Source: Nitrosopumilus sp.
GTDB lineage: Archaea; Thermoproteota; Nitrososphaeria; Nitrososphaerales; Nitrosopumilaceae
Reading direction: 5' to 3'
NCBI GenBank assembly: GCA_965205215.1
Contig: OZ242041.1
Location: 1,760,001 to 1,824,000 of the forward strand
DNA: 64,000 nucleotides
The position numbers and the translations under genes were made by a program. Of this stretch, positions 48,190-58,235 are shown one piece after another; the first letter of the stretch is position 1; the number at the start of each line of letters is the position of its first letter. The notes beneath the pieces were generated by a model. It saw only the letters and a program-made list of their open reading frames with translations, was not told the DNA's origin and did not search any database.

Positions 48190-51100
48190 CTAGAATCTTG
48201 CAATCCCCGCATCAAGCAGGTACTGGACGGACTCGACAAAGGTCTCGTCAGGGACGAGTCCCATGGTCCACCACCTGGCCGGTGCGTCCAGCCATGCTGG
48301 CAGCGTCGAAGATCCTACAAGGAGGGGCACGGCTGCTCCGTGCCCTTGCGTCTCGTTGTCACCCACATCCGACTCCCGCCCCGCGTCATCACCACTGGCG
48401 CCAAGGACGGCAGAATCGTACGCGAGTATGTCCATTAGCACCAAGACAGACAGTTCCTTGGCAAATTCGGCATCGGACATCGTGCCAGCGGACCATTCGG
48501 ATGCAGCGGCTCTCACAGAATCAGGGATCACCAAAGGAGCCGACTCCACATAGAACGTGAGAAGGGCAACGGGATCTGCATCCTGTCCATATTCGACGGA
48601 TACCGAATAGTTGCCCTGCAGATTATCCCCACCCTTCAGGTTTATGATGGCGCCGTATTTTCCATTGGCCCCCACGCGCATGTCAAAGGACCGCTCGGTT
48701 CCGTCCGGATGTTTGACGGTGATGGTAACTATGGAGTTCGTCACATACGTGCCAACGTTGCCAGAAAGTATAACGGAGGAGACGTCACCCACACGCTCCA
48801 ATGCGACGCGGTTGGCGCTAAGGCTTGCAGATGGCTTGCGGGGCGGCTTGATCTCAACGTCCGCAGTGCCGGCTCCGCCGGGGCCGATATCGCCATCATC
48901 ATCGTCAGGTACGGGGCCGGCAGATCCCGATATGCTTCCCGTATTTCCCACTGTCAGAGGGGATTGAGTGCGGGCGTCGGATGAAGGGTCGGATTGCTGC
49001 TGCTGCTGCTGCTGACGCAACATGCTAAACGCGCTTGGATTTCCCGACGAGTCAACAGAGTCGTAGTATACGACGTCCATGGCGCCTCCGGCGGTGGACA
49101 TCAGGCCGGAGCCGGATTTGTCGCACACTCGCGTCGGCATCTTGAATACACCCTCGAACACGCCGGTTCCGGGGCCCGTCTCCACTAGCGCGAATCCCGT
49201 AGATGCAAGGCCTCCGTGCTGCACGCCGTCGACTGTGCAGCGCTTGTACCGGACGTCCTTGAACTTTACCTCAAGCATCGATGGGCCCCGCTTCCCACCG
49301 TGTCTACGCTTGGCAGGCGCGAATCGTCCACCACCAAATACACCTCGATGGTGTCCGCGGACAGGTTGAGATCCGGATCGTTTAGCGTGATCGTAACCGG
49401 CGTGCCGAACCTCAGCTGTCCGGACGGCGTGGATACGGAGACCCTGCCGCTCTCCGACTTGATCTCTGTCTCGGGCTGCGAGACGGACTGCGGTATGACG
49501 GCCCCCACCCGCGCCAGATCAGAGTATGTGATGGTAATGGCATCCTCGTCAACCATCCGGCCGAGCGTGACGAACTTTACGTCGTTTCCTATCGGGGTCG
49601 TGCCAAGCACAAAGTCCGGATCGTCAATGTTGAGCTGGTTTGCGGCGGCAAACTCAAGCGTGCCCCCAAACACCCCGGAGTCCCCGGAGATCTCCTCGAG
49701 CTCAAGCCTGTATATTGCGTTGTTTACGATCTTCTTGCCCTCCACTCCAATGGAAAAGACGTCGAACACCACGGGCGCCGCGTCCGCGGCCCCCATGCCT
49801 CCGGCGTCAAGCCCGCCACCGGGTCCGAAATCTACCACCGCATGCACCGTGCCTCCTACTACGCCCCCCTCCTGCAGGCCAGAGGCAATCCTTTTCACAT
49901 GGCCGGGATCCACGTACAGCAGGCCCTGCGCCGAGCCCAGCCTGTCCGCGATTATTATTGGATCCGCGTCCGACGTTCCCCCCACATACAAGAGCAGGGA
50001 CGCTCCGCCCAGTCCCCTCGCGCCGCCAAGGGAGCGCATGTCTATGTTGAGCCAGTTGGTTCCGATGTTCGACTCCCCAGATACGTCTATCAGCGCGTCA
50101 TACAGGCGCGACGCAGAGTACCCCGTGTCGATTGCAAGCATCTCGTATGTGACGGAGCGGTCGAGCGCGGCCAGTCCAAGATCAAGATGCAGGCGGGCCG
50201 AGACTGGATCCGGTGAGCGCGCCGGTATGGGCACGGCCCCCTCAAACGAGCCGCTGTTCGGGTATGCGGCGGCCGAGGAGGCGGAGGACAGGGTCAGCGG
50301 CAAGCCAATCCTGATGGACGGGATAATGGCGCCGTCGCGGAACACGTCAAGCCTGTCGCGCCGGTTTGGATCCGTGTTCTGATCGGCGTCTTGGAGCACC
50401 ACCGGTATGCGCAGGCCCGAGCGCCAGCCCGAAGCGTCCACGGACAGGACGGGGCTGTCGCCTCGGACAGTGGCTGCGCCGGCAGTACCGCCAAGCGACA
50501 AGGAGGCGGTGTGGGAGCCGGTCAGTACAGAGAGCGACCGGTCGTTGTACGATATTACCGCAGACGTCCCCCTGTCGGCGCCGGGCGCTATGCGCATGTT
50601 TGAGACGTGCGACGCATCCACGCTCTCAAAGAGCCCCGAGTTCGGCCTGCTCTCGACCAGCGTTACTATGTCCTCATAGTGGCGCACGCCGTCGTATACG
50701 CTGCCGGCAGGCTGGTTCCTGTTGGGCCGCAGCTCAAGCACGTCTCCGCCGCCATGCGAGACCCCCAGATATCCGTTGTCGCCGAACCCGAGCCTGCCAA
50801 GGTGCGGATACAGATCCACAAGTCCGGGCCCCCCGTTTGCGGCGGTGCGCCCCCCGTCATAGAACGCCTGATAGAACACCGAGGGGCTGCCGGGGGAGGT
50901 GCCAAACGTCCAAGAGTCCTCGTCGGTGGGATCCTGGTTGAGCTGCGGATCACTCACCCGCAGCACGACCTCGGCGCCCGCCGGATACGGCTCTGCCTGT
51001 CCGCGATCAGTTGAGAATGATATGGACGGAATATCGTCAGTATACTGCAGGATGACGCGCTGCGGGCCGCCGCCTCCCCGCTCGTACTCGATGCGCACGT

Positions 51101-51884
51101 CGTCGCCAAACGAGAAGAGCTGTATCACCGGCCATGCCCCGCTCTTGAGTCCGATCTGCCCATGCAGGGGCTCGCCCCCACTGGGCGACGGAGGGGATCT
51201 CACCACGTTGTTCTCCGCAGGCGATGCAGGATCCACCGACCCGCCGCACGGCGAGAGCGACCCCACGCCGTTTGCAAAGTTCAAGAGCCCACCGGAGCGT
51301 GGGATCGCCACGCCGTCAGAGTCGTGGAACTCGGCGCCCAGTACCGGTGCAGGCGTACCAGGGCCGCAAAAGACGCCAAAGTCGAGTCCCTGTCCGGGCC
51401 GCCCCGCGTCATGAGATATTTGATCGGCCCGCCTCGCGGCGTCCTCGTTTGCAAAGTAGGCGTACCACTGGCCGCTGCTGGACTGGACCATGCGCAGCGT
51501 GGCCCCGTTTACGGACACCTTGGGCTCGCCGGCAGCCCCTCCCTTGGTATCGGAGATCAGCGGATCGGCGACCACGACCTCGACTACCATCGACCCCGCA
51601 AAATGATTGTCGAACTCGGGACTCTCAGCAGACACCAGCAGGTTGTCATTGGAGTTCTGGGCCGCATGCGCTGGTGAGAACGGGAGGTCCGCGGCGTCGG
51701 GTGCGGCCGCTGCGGCCGCAAACAGGGCGCAGGCCGCCACAAGCAGGACATACGGGCGCAATGCTCGCGCGGCGGGCCGCCCATTCACTGCAACGCGTCC
51801 CGAACTGCTGCAAACGGCGACGCCAGATGAATCCCTCACGTGTATAACAAAGCCGGCCACACATAATAACTGAATCCTGCCCAT
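48190..51884 (-). pseudogene. Large secreted S-layer-like protein split by one frameshift near 49286-49289 (ORFs 49266-51884 and 48190-49278)
   Basis: SAESPEFDNHFAGSMVVEVVV.DP, LRMVQ...GQWYAYFA, DP.LN.DP motifs. Adding one G to GGGG joins VDTVGSG to GPSMLEVKFKD. Ends in LPAW...ARWW domains. May be a sequencing error. Confidence 0.7.
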
Positions 51885-51979
51885 GAAACTGCAATGGCGG
51901 CGGTGGCGGTAGAAGGAGAGGAGGAAGCGGCGGCGCGGCGCGGCCGGCTCCAGCTACGGCCGTGCGCTCGGGAGGCCGC

Positions 51980-53470
51980 ATGAACGACGGAGATGGCGGC
52001 GGCGACGCACGTGCGGGGAACTCTTCGGATAACCGCAAAGGCAGCAGGCAGTCTGCCGGTGCGGGCGCCGGCGGGGGCGCAGTCCGCACCAATGCCAAGG
52101 CCAACAACAGGACGAGGGTCCTCTACATATCGCTTGCCGCAATATTCTCGGCATTCGTAGTAGAGCTGGTACTGGGGGTGGTGTCAAACAGCCTGGCGCT
52201 GATAACTGACAGCATACACGCGCTGCTCGACTGCATAGTCACGGCGGTGCTGCTGATTGCCACCAGAATGGCAATAAAACCGCCGGATGCAGAGCACACT
52301 TACGGGCACGGCAAGATCGAGTCCTTGGGCGGCATGATGGGCGGAATCGCCATATTTGCCATCGCGTGCTTCTTCATATACGAGTCGTTGCACCGATTCC
52401 AATCGCCGCCCCCCTCCGTACTGCCGGGCATGCTTGCAATCGCAGGCGGGCTGTACACCATAGGCGTGGACGTATTTCGCATAGTGCTGCTCAAAAGAAG
52501 CCTAAAGGCGGGGCCGGGAACGAGTCTCAGCGGCAGCACCACGGTAAAGGCCGACCTGTACCATGCGATGATGGATCTGGGATCCACCACGGTGGCCATA
52601 ATCGGAATATATCTCGCGTACACGGGCACGCACCAAGGGGACCTGGCCGCGGCGCTGATTCTCGGAGGACTGCTTGCAGTCCTCAGCGTAAAGCTGGTGC
52701 ACAGGACGGCCCTTGACCTGACTGACGTGATATCGCCGGAGATGGTCTCGAAGGTCAGGGGCGTTGCCAACGGCACGGACGGCGTGATCATGACGGGATC
52801 CGTGCTGATGCGCCGGTCAGGCGGCACCACGTTCGCGGACATCACAGTGTCGCTGCGGGGCGACTCGAGCTTTGAGCGCGCCCACGAGATCAGCGCAGGG
52901 GTGGAGCGGAACGTGGCAGAATGCATACCCGGGGACGCCTCGATAACCGTCCACTTTGAGCCCGACTGGAGCGGCGTTCCGCCCGATGCAAGGATACTCG
53001 ACATCGCAAGGCGCGTGGATGGCGTCAAGGGCGTCCACAACGTCAACACCCGCATGACGAAGGGCAAGACGTACGCGGATCTACACGTGATGGTGGACAG
53101 CGAGATGAGCCTGCAGAGGGCGCACGCGATATCAGAAGTTGTGGAGTCGGACATCAGGCGCCAGATGCCGTACATAGAGCACACCACGGTGCACTTGGAA
53201 CCGTTCACCAACATGCCGCGCAATCTAGAGGCAGAGGATGCCGCGCTCAACGAGAAGATAAGGGTGATACTGGAGGGATATCCGCAGATAAGGTCCGTGG
53301 GCAGGATAATCGCCCTGAACGACAAATCCGCGTTCAAGATAGACATAGACTGCTCCTTTGACGGCGCGCTGCCAATAGCGGAGGTTCACGGCCTCACGTC
53401 TGAGATTGAGCGCGCGATTGCAGAGGGTTTGGAGAACGCGGTAATTACGATACACCCAGAGCCCCTCTGA
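51980..53470 (+). CDS. Cation diffusion facilitator with three C-terminal ZT-dimer-type domains
   Basis: SLALITDSIH..LD, PPDAEHTYGHGKIE, ADLYH..MD; three AH/VH...H.EP repeats. Confidence 0.92.
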   Translation: MNDGDGGGDARAGNSSDNRKGSRQSAGAGAGGGAVRTNAKANNRTRVLYISLAAIFSAFVVELVLGVVSNSLALITDSIHALLDCIVTAVLLIATRMAIKPPDAEHTYGHGKIESLGGMMGGIAIFAIACFFIYESLHRFQSPPPSVLPGMLAIAGGLYTIGVDVFRIVLLKRSLKAGPGTSLSGSTTVKADLYHAMMDLGSTTVAIIGIYLAYTGTHQGDLAAALILGGLLAVLSVKLVHRTALDLTDVISPEMVSKVRGVANGTDGVIMTGSVLMRRSGGTTFADITVSLRGDSSFERAHEISAGVERNVAECIPGDASITVHFEPDWSGVPPDARILDIARRVDGVKGVHNVNTRMTKGKTYADLHVMVDSEMSLQRAHAISEVVESDIRRQMPYIEHTTVHLEPFTNMPRNLEAEDAALNEKIRVILEGYPQIRSVGRIIALNDKSAFKIDIDCSFDGALPIAEVHGLTSEIERAIAEGLENAVITIHPEPL

Positions 53471-53650
53471 CCGGCGGCCGCACATCGCGGCGCGCGCAGT
53501 CGGCGACCCGGCCGTCATGACGCGGGGATTGCCGCAGGTGCCTGCTTCTGCCCCGGGAGGAGGGGGGGGAGGAATGGGGATAACCGCAGGGGCGCGGGCA
53601 CGGCCGGCTCTGCCGCACGCGGGCCGGGCGCGTGTCTCACGTGCTCCGAA

Positions 53651-54955
53651 CTACACCAGGATGCTGGTCACGTACATGATCAGCATGCCGACCACAATTC
53701 CCGCAGCAAACGGGGCGCTGGACAGGCCGCTGCCGCCGCCGGATGCGCCGCTGCCGTTACTGCCGTTCGCGGGGCTGTCGCCCCTGCCAATCCACCTCAC
53801 AAGCACCACCATGACCTGGAATATGGCCCCCGCTCCCACGCCCAGAAATACCACCGAGGCGATGGGCGAATACGCAAATCCCCCCACCCATCCGCCAAAT
53901 ATGGCGGGGGCGCCCGCCAGCACTCCTAGGCCCGCAAGCTTCCAGACCGCGACGCGCTCCCTTGAGAGCGGGGCGGCTATCGCCACGCCTTCCGTCACGT
54001 TGTGTATTGCAAACCCCACAATCAGAAACGAGCTGAACGCGACAGAGCCCAGCCCGACGGCCGCCCCTATCGCAAGCCCCTCGCCAAAGTTGTGCAGTCC
54101 GATTCCTATCGATATCATCAGGGCTATGGCCACGGGGCCCGCAAGCCGCGTGGAGGTACCGCTGCCGGTGCGGCCGTCTCCTCCCCCGGCACGGCCGCCG
54201 CCGCCCCCAATACCGCGACTGCCAGAGAGCCTCTCGCTGGCATAGAACAGCCCCAGGAACGACACCACGACGGAGGTGGCAAGCAGCATCAGCCCGTTAA
54301 AGCTGCCGGCGAGGTTCTCCTGCGACACGTCCACCGCCTCCTCCACCGAGTCGAGCGCCAGAAAGAACAGGAGCCCCACAGTCACGGCCAGAAAGAAGAC
54401 GTAGACCTGCCGGCCCATGCGGCGCATGAACGGCAGCCACAGGAGCCCGATCAGTACCGGGATCACCCCCACGTACGTCCCTATCACGGCAAAAAAGGCG
54501 GCCAGCTCGCCGGAGGGCCTCAGGGCAGGGGCGGCCGACTCGACCTCCCGCTCAAAGCGCGTCCCGTCATCGGTGGTGATGCCTATCGTATACGGCTCGG
54601 CCACGTTCCAGTCAAACGGTATGCGCACCACCGCGGTCTCGTACCTCTCAAGGTGCGCATCGGGCTCCACCGCGGCCGGGTGTATCCTGTCGTTGACGTC
54701 GGCCACTGCTATGGAGACGGGTATGGGGCCCGTGTTACGCACGGTCGCAAGAATCTCCGAGCCGACAAAGTCCACGCGCTCTATGGTGACTTCCGGCAAC
54801 GGCACGCCGACTTCGAGCATCGTGGAGCCGGGGCCTGACACGTAAAGCACCAATACAACGACGAGTGCCAGCGGAGCCGCCCCGCTTGCCACGACACGGA
54901 AACGCCCCGCGCCGCTTCCGCGCCCGGACAGGCCGCGGCCCTGCTCATGCGCCAT
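53651..54955 (-). CDS. ZIP-family divalent metal transporter with an N-terminal extracellular domain
   Basis: IGLHNFGEGLAIG and AIHNVTEG; start overlaps the MCO stop. Confidence 0.92.
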   Translation of the reverse strand: MAHEQGRGLSGRGSGAGRFRVVASGAAPLALVVVLVLYVSGPGSTMLEVGVPLPEVTIERVDFVGSEILATVRNTGPIPVSIAVADVNDRIHPAAVEPDAHLERYETAVVRIPFDWNVAEPYTIGITTDDGTRFEREVESAAPALRPSGELAAFFAVIGTYVGVIPVLIGLLWLPFMRRMGRQVYVFFLAVTVGLLFFLALDSVEEAVDVSQENLAGSFNGLMLLATSVVVSFLGLFYASERLSGSRGIGGGGGRAGGGDGRTGSGTSTRLAGPVAIALMISIGIGLHNFGEGLAIGAAVGLGSVAFSSFLIVGFAIHNVTEGVAIAAPLSRERVAVWKLAGLGVLAGAPAIFGGWVGGFAYSPIASVVFLGVGAGAIFQVMVVLVRWIGRGDSPANGSNGSGASGGGSGLSSAPFAAGIVVGMLIMYVTSILV

Positions 54956-56129
54956 CGGGCGCCCCCTGTCCGTCATATGCGGCGTCGGCGGCAGGACCGG
55001 CCGCGCCTTGGGCCGGTTCCCCGGCCGCGCCGAGGGATCCCCCGGTGGCCGCATACCCGTCACTGCCGTCGCCGTTATAATCACCATCGCCTCCGGGCCC
55101 CGGATCCTTGACCAGGAACACCCCGACCCATCCCTTCTCGGAGAACTCGACCTTGTGCGCGTGGAACAGGAACTTGCCCGTATGCTCGTACGTGAACTCC
55201 ATTATGCCGCGCTCCGTCTGCGACATTGTGATCATGTCGGTGTAGAACGACGTAGACCGGTCCGTTCCGGTCGGATAGTAATAGAACAGGTTCCCGTGCA
55301 GGTGGAAGTTGTTTATCGGGTCAAACTCCACCATGTTGACCACGTATACGCGTATCAGCTGGTCCCTCTCTATCTGTATCGGGTGGTGCTGGTAGTAAAA
55401 CGGCACGGTATTGGCCGCGTAAAAGTTGTTCTCCGCGTCAAAGTCCGTGTCAAACCCGTTCAGCACCATGACCATCTCGTCTGCCGGGGCCCTGCCCTCC
55501 TTCGGGTCCACTATAAACACGCCGTACAGGCCGTGTATAATGTGCTCCTCAAGCGGCATGATGTGGCAGTGGTACGGATGGACGCCCACGGGCGCCGCCT
55601 CAAACTCGTATGTGAACTGTCCGCCCCCGCCCCCGACGGGCTCAAAGACCCCGTCCATTATGGCCGGATGTATCCCGTGAAAGTGCATCGTGTGCGGCTT
55701 TGTGCCGTTGTTGACGAACGTTATGCGCACCAGATCGCCCTCCGTGGCGCGTATGGTAGGGCCCGGCACGGTTCCGTTGAACGTCCACACGTTGTAGAAC
55801 ACCCCGGGCGCGATCTCCTGTACGAGATCATCCTCGGCCACTATGACGTACTCGCGTACGGTCTGGCCCGTCTCGCTGTCCACAGATACGCTGCCGTACT
55901 CAAAGTTGCGCAGGTACTCGTCGGGGTCAAACTCCACCTCTGATATCTGGTATACTGGATCAAGCACCTCGCCGGTGGTCGTGATTACCGCGCCCGTATG
56001 GGTAACAAAGGTCTGCGGCGGCCGCTGGGCTTCCGTATACACGTCGGATATTGCCGACGCGGACAGCACGGCAATGGCGGATGCCGCGGCCAGCGCCAAT
56101 ATTACAGCCCGGGGGCTCCCAGTTGCCAT
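54945..56129 (-). CDS. Two-domain multicopper oxidase (type-1 Cu site in domain 1)
   Basis: HTMHFHG, YHCHIMPLEEHIIHGL, NFHLHG, FHAH; signal peptide. Confidence 0.92.
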   Translation of the reverse strand: MATGSPRAVILALAAASAIAVLSASAISDVYTEAQRPPQTFVTHTGAVITTTGEVLDPVYQISEVEFDPDEYLRNFEYGSVSVDSETGQTVREYVIVAEDDLVQEIAPGVFYNVWTFNGTVPGPTIRATEGDLVRITFVNNGTKPHTMHFHGIHPAIMDGVFEPVGGGGGQFTYEFEAAPVGVHPYHCHIMPLEEHIIHGLYGVFIVDPKEGRAPADEMVMVLNGFDTDFDAENNFYAANTVPFYYQHHPIQIERDQLIRVYVVNMVEFDPINNFHLHGNLFYYYPTGTDRSTSFYTDMITMSQTERGIMEFTYEHTGKFLFHAHKVEFSEKGWVGVFLVKDPGPGGDGDYNGDGSDGYAATGGSLGAAGEPAQGAAGPAADAAYDGQGAPDGA

Positions 56130-56147
56130 GACGTATATGCCTGTGAC

Positions 56148-56192
56148 GTTTATTTAAATTTAATCAGAGCTAATTTGTTTAGTGCAGCCTAA
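56148..56192. promoter_or_regulatory. MCO-ZIP TATA box plus DtxR/MntR-like palindromic operator(s)
   Basis: Minus-strand TTTAAATA about 21-28 nt before the ATG; TTAG-TGCAGC-CTAA at 56179-56192 and degenerate TTAA-TCAGAG-CTAA at 56160-56173. Confidence 0.55.
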
Positions 56193-56240
56193 CTTTTGGG
56201 CCTCGTGCAGGTTTTTAAGTCGACATGCCAGACAGGCAGC

Positions 56241-56792
56241 GTGAACAAGATATCGGTTGCAATGGCAGGCTCGGGCGGGGCCGTTGCGCTGGGGCTCGTA
56301 CTGATGGCCCTCGGCACGCAGGCGGTACTGGAGGACGTGGTGCAGGGCAGCAGCACGATAAGCGCGGCGACGCCACCGTTGGAGATCGAGTTTGTGGTAG
56401 GGTATGACGATGACGACGGTGATGACGGCGGAGAGCGGATGGGCGTGTTTGCAGTACAGGTGCTCGACGCGCCGGAGGGAAGCGAGGTGTCGGCAACGGT
56501 CTTGGACCCGCTCGGTGCAGAAGTTGCGTCCGTTTCACGCATAGCCGAAGAGCCCGGGGGCAGCGTCGAGGGCAGGTTCGGCGCCGAGGTGGAGGGCACG
56601 TACAGCCTCATCATACGTAACGCAGGGCAGGACGGCGTCCTCACGTTCGGGGCAATCGGCCCCCTGCCGGACGCGTCATCAAAGGCGTTGGCATTCATAC
56701 CGTTCTACATGCTGCTCGCAGGCATAATGGGAATGGCAGGACTGGGCATATACTGGGCCACCAACATTAGAAGGCGGAGAAATCTCAGTTGA
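56241..56792 (+). CDS. Membrane-anchored hypothetical protein (N- and C-terminal TM, beta-rich middle)
   Basis: GTG start about 22-29 nt after TTTTTAAG; two hydrophobic helices. Confidence 0.75.
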   Translation: MNKISVAMAGSGGAVALGLVLMALGTQAVLEDVVQGSSTISAATPPLEIEFVVGYDDDDGDDGGERMGVFAVQVLDAPEGSEVSATVLDPLGAEVASVSRIAEEPGGSVEGRFGAEVEGTYSLIIRNAGQDGVLTFGAIGPLPDASSKALAFIPFYMLLAGIMGMAGLGIYWATNIRRRRNLS

Positions 56793-57099
56793 GATAACTG
56801 TCCATCTTCTCGAGCCCCTCGACCGCGGCGCCAAAACCGTCACCGTCCTCGACCAGCTCAGAGAGTTTTTCAGAGTCGGCCTCCAGCGTGACGCGGCCCG
56901 AGTCGTCCGTGCCGCGTACGACGAATCCGCACTCTATGAGGTATCCGAGTCGCGTCAGCACGTCCTCTTCGGAGGAGGACGATGCGTCGGCAAGGTGCCG
57001 GCAGGTCTTGGCCCCGTCCTCGAGTTCCGCAAGCATTGCAGACGCGGCGGGGTCAAACATGCACTCTACCGCCCTGTCCCTGTCATATGCGGGCTCCAT
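56785..57099 (-). CDS. Small winged-helix (ArsR-like) protein
   Basis: FDP....MLAELEDG.K...LA.......V..RL.YL...GFV pattern. Confidence 0.65.
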   Translation of the reverse strand: MEPAYDRDRAVECMFDPAASAMLAELEDGAKTCRHLADASSSSEEDVLTRLGYLIECGFVVRGTDDSGRVTLEADSEKLSELVEDGDGFGAAVEGLEKMDSYLN

Positions 57100-57211
57100 A
57101 CGTGTCGGGAGTTGCGTGCCGTTATAATCCTTCGGCGCGCGTGCGGCGTTTGTAGGGGACGCGGACCCGGGCTCCAAAGCGGTTAAAAATCAAGTTACAT
57201 GCTAGATAACC

Positions 57212-57364
57212 ATGCAGCCCATGTGCAGGGGGGACAAGTCAGGCAGGGGGGAGCACTGTTACTGCAAGGAGGTAGACCAGCAGAGGGGCGTCAGGAAATG
57301 CTGCAGGTGCGGCATGTGGAACGTGCACGGAAGGGACTGGACCAGCACGGAGGACTACAGGTGA
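57212..57364 (+). CDS. Cys/His-rich 50-aa microprotein (not in the ORF track)
   Basis: [50 protein letters not shown]; host-like codons; TTAAAAAT at 57183-57190. Confidence 0.7.
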   Translation: MQPMCRGDKSGRGEHCYCKEVDQQRGVRKCCRCGMWNVHGRDWTSTEDYR

Positions 57365-57437
57365 GCAGTCGCCGATCCCGGCCCGGCATCATCCGACTTT
57401 TCTGCCCTTCTGTCTTCTCTTTCCTACCCGCTCGCCC

Positions 57438-57528
57438 TCCGTCCGTCCGTCCACTGTCCGTCCGTCCACTGTCCGTCCGTCCACTGTCCGTCCGTCCACT
57501 GTCCGTCCGTCCACTGTCCGTCCGTCCA
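57438..57528. repeat. Minisatellite (CCACTGTCCGTCCGT)x5 plus partial units
   Basis: Perfect 15-bp units at 57451, 57466, 57481, 57496, 57511; built from a GTCC tetramer; no spacers. Confidence 0.95.
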
Positions 57529-57620
57529 TCCACCTCCCCCGCCTGCTGCCGACCCGGAGGCTGCGCCGCAAAGCGCGCCTTTGCATGGTTTTTATCGGGG
57601 ATTTTCCGCATTTTTCATAC

Positions 57621-58226
57621 TTGAGCAGCAGCACCAGTACCCAGGAATACAGGCACATAGTAAGGATCCTAGGAAACGACATACCGGGCGAGAAGAAGCT
57701 GCTCATCGGCCTGACCCAGATCAAGGGAATAGGATACAACTTTGCGACTGCCATTCTTGACACACTAAAGATAAGTCCCGACCTGAACGTGGGCGACATT
57801 ACGGATGCAAACGTCCAAGACATAGAGAGGACAATAGCGGATCCGGCGGGGGCAGGCTTTCCAAGGTGGTTTCTCAACAGGCAAAAGGACATAGAGACGG
57901 GCCAAGACAAGCACCTGCTGACGTCCGACATACCGTTTACTCTCCGCAACGACATAGAGAGGGAGAGAATCACTGCCAGCTGGAGGGGATACAGGCACCT
58001 GAGCGGCCTAAAGGTCAGGGGCCAGCGCACCAGGACCTCCGGCAGGAGAGGTGGCGCGGTAGGCGTCGCAAAGGGCGGCGGTGCGGCAGCTGTCCCGGCA
58101 AAGAAGAGTTCAGGTGGCGGAGGCCCGGCGGCGCCTCATAGTCCGACCGGCGCTACTGCTGCAGCGGCAACGGCACCCGCGCCCGCGGCGGACGCCAAAC
58201 CCGAAGAGAGCGAGAAAAAGGAATAG
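57621..58226 (+). CDS. rps13: 30S ribosomal protein S13 with Ala/Pro/Gly tail
   Basis: [37 protein letters not shown]. Confidence 0.96.
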   Translation: MSSSTSTQEYRHIVRILGNDIPGEKKLLIGLTQIKGIGYNFATAILDTLKISPDLNVGDITDANVQDIERTIADPAGAGFPRWFLNRQKDIETGQDKHLLTSDIPFTLRNDIERERITASWRGYRHLSGLKVRGQRTRTSGRRGGAVGVAKGGGAAAVPAKKSSGGGGPAAPHSPTGATAAAATAPAPAADAKPEESEKKE

Positions 58227-58235
58227 TGACATAGC

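Noticed and set aside
54945-56129. Nitrite reductase NirK
   Set aside because: HxH motifs in both domains indicate a trinuclear-site two-domain MCO, and linkage to ZIP favours metal handling.
57438-57528. Possible CRISPR array
   Set aside because: The 15-bp units are contiguous with no unique spacers, and there are no cas genes.
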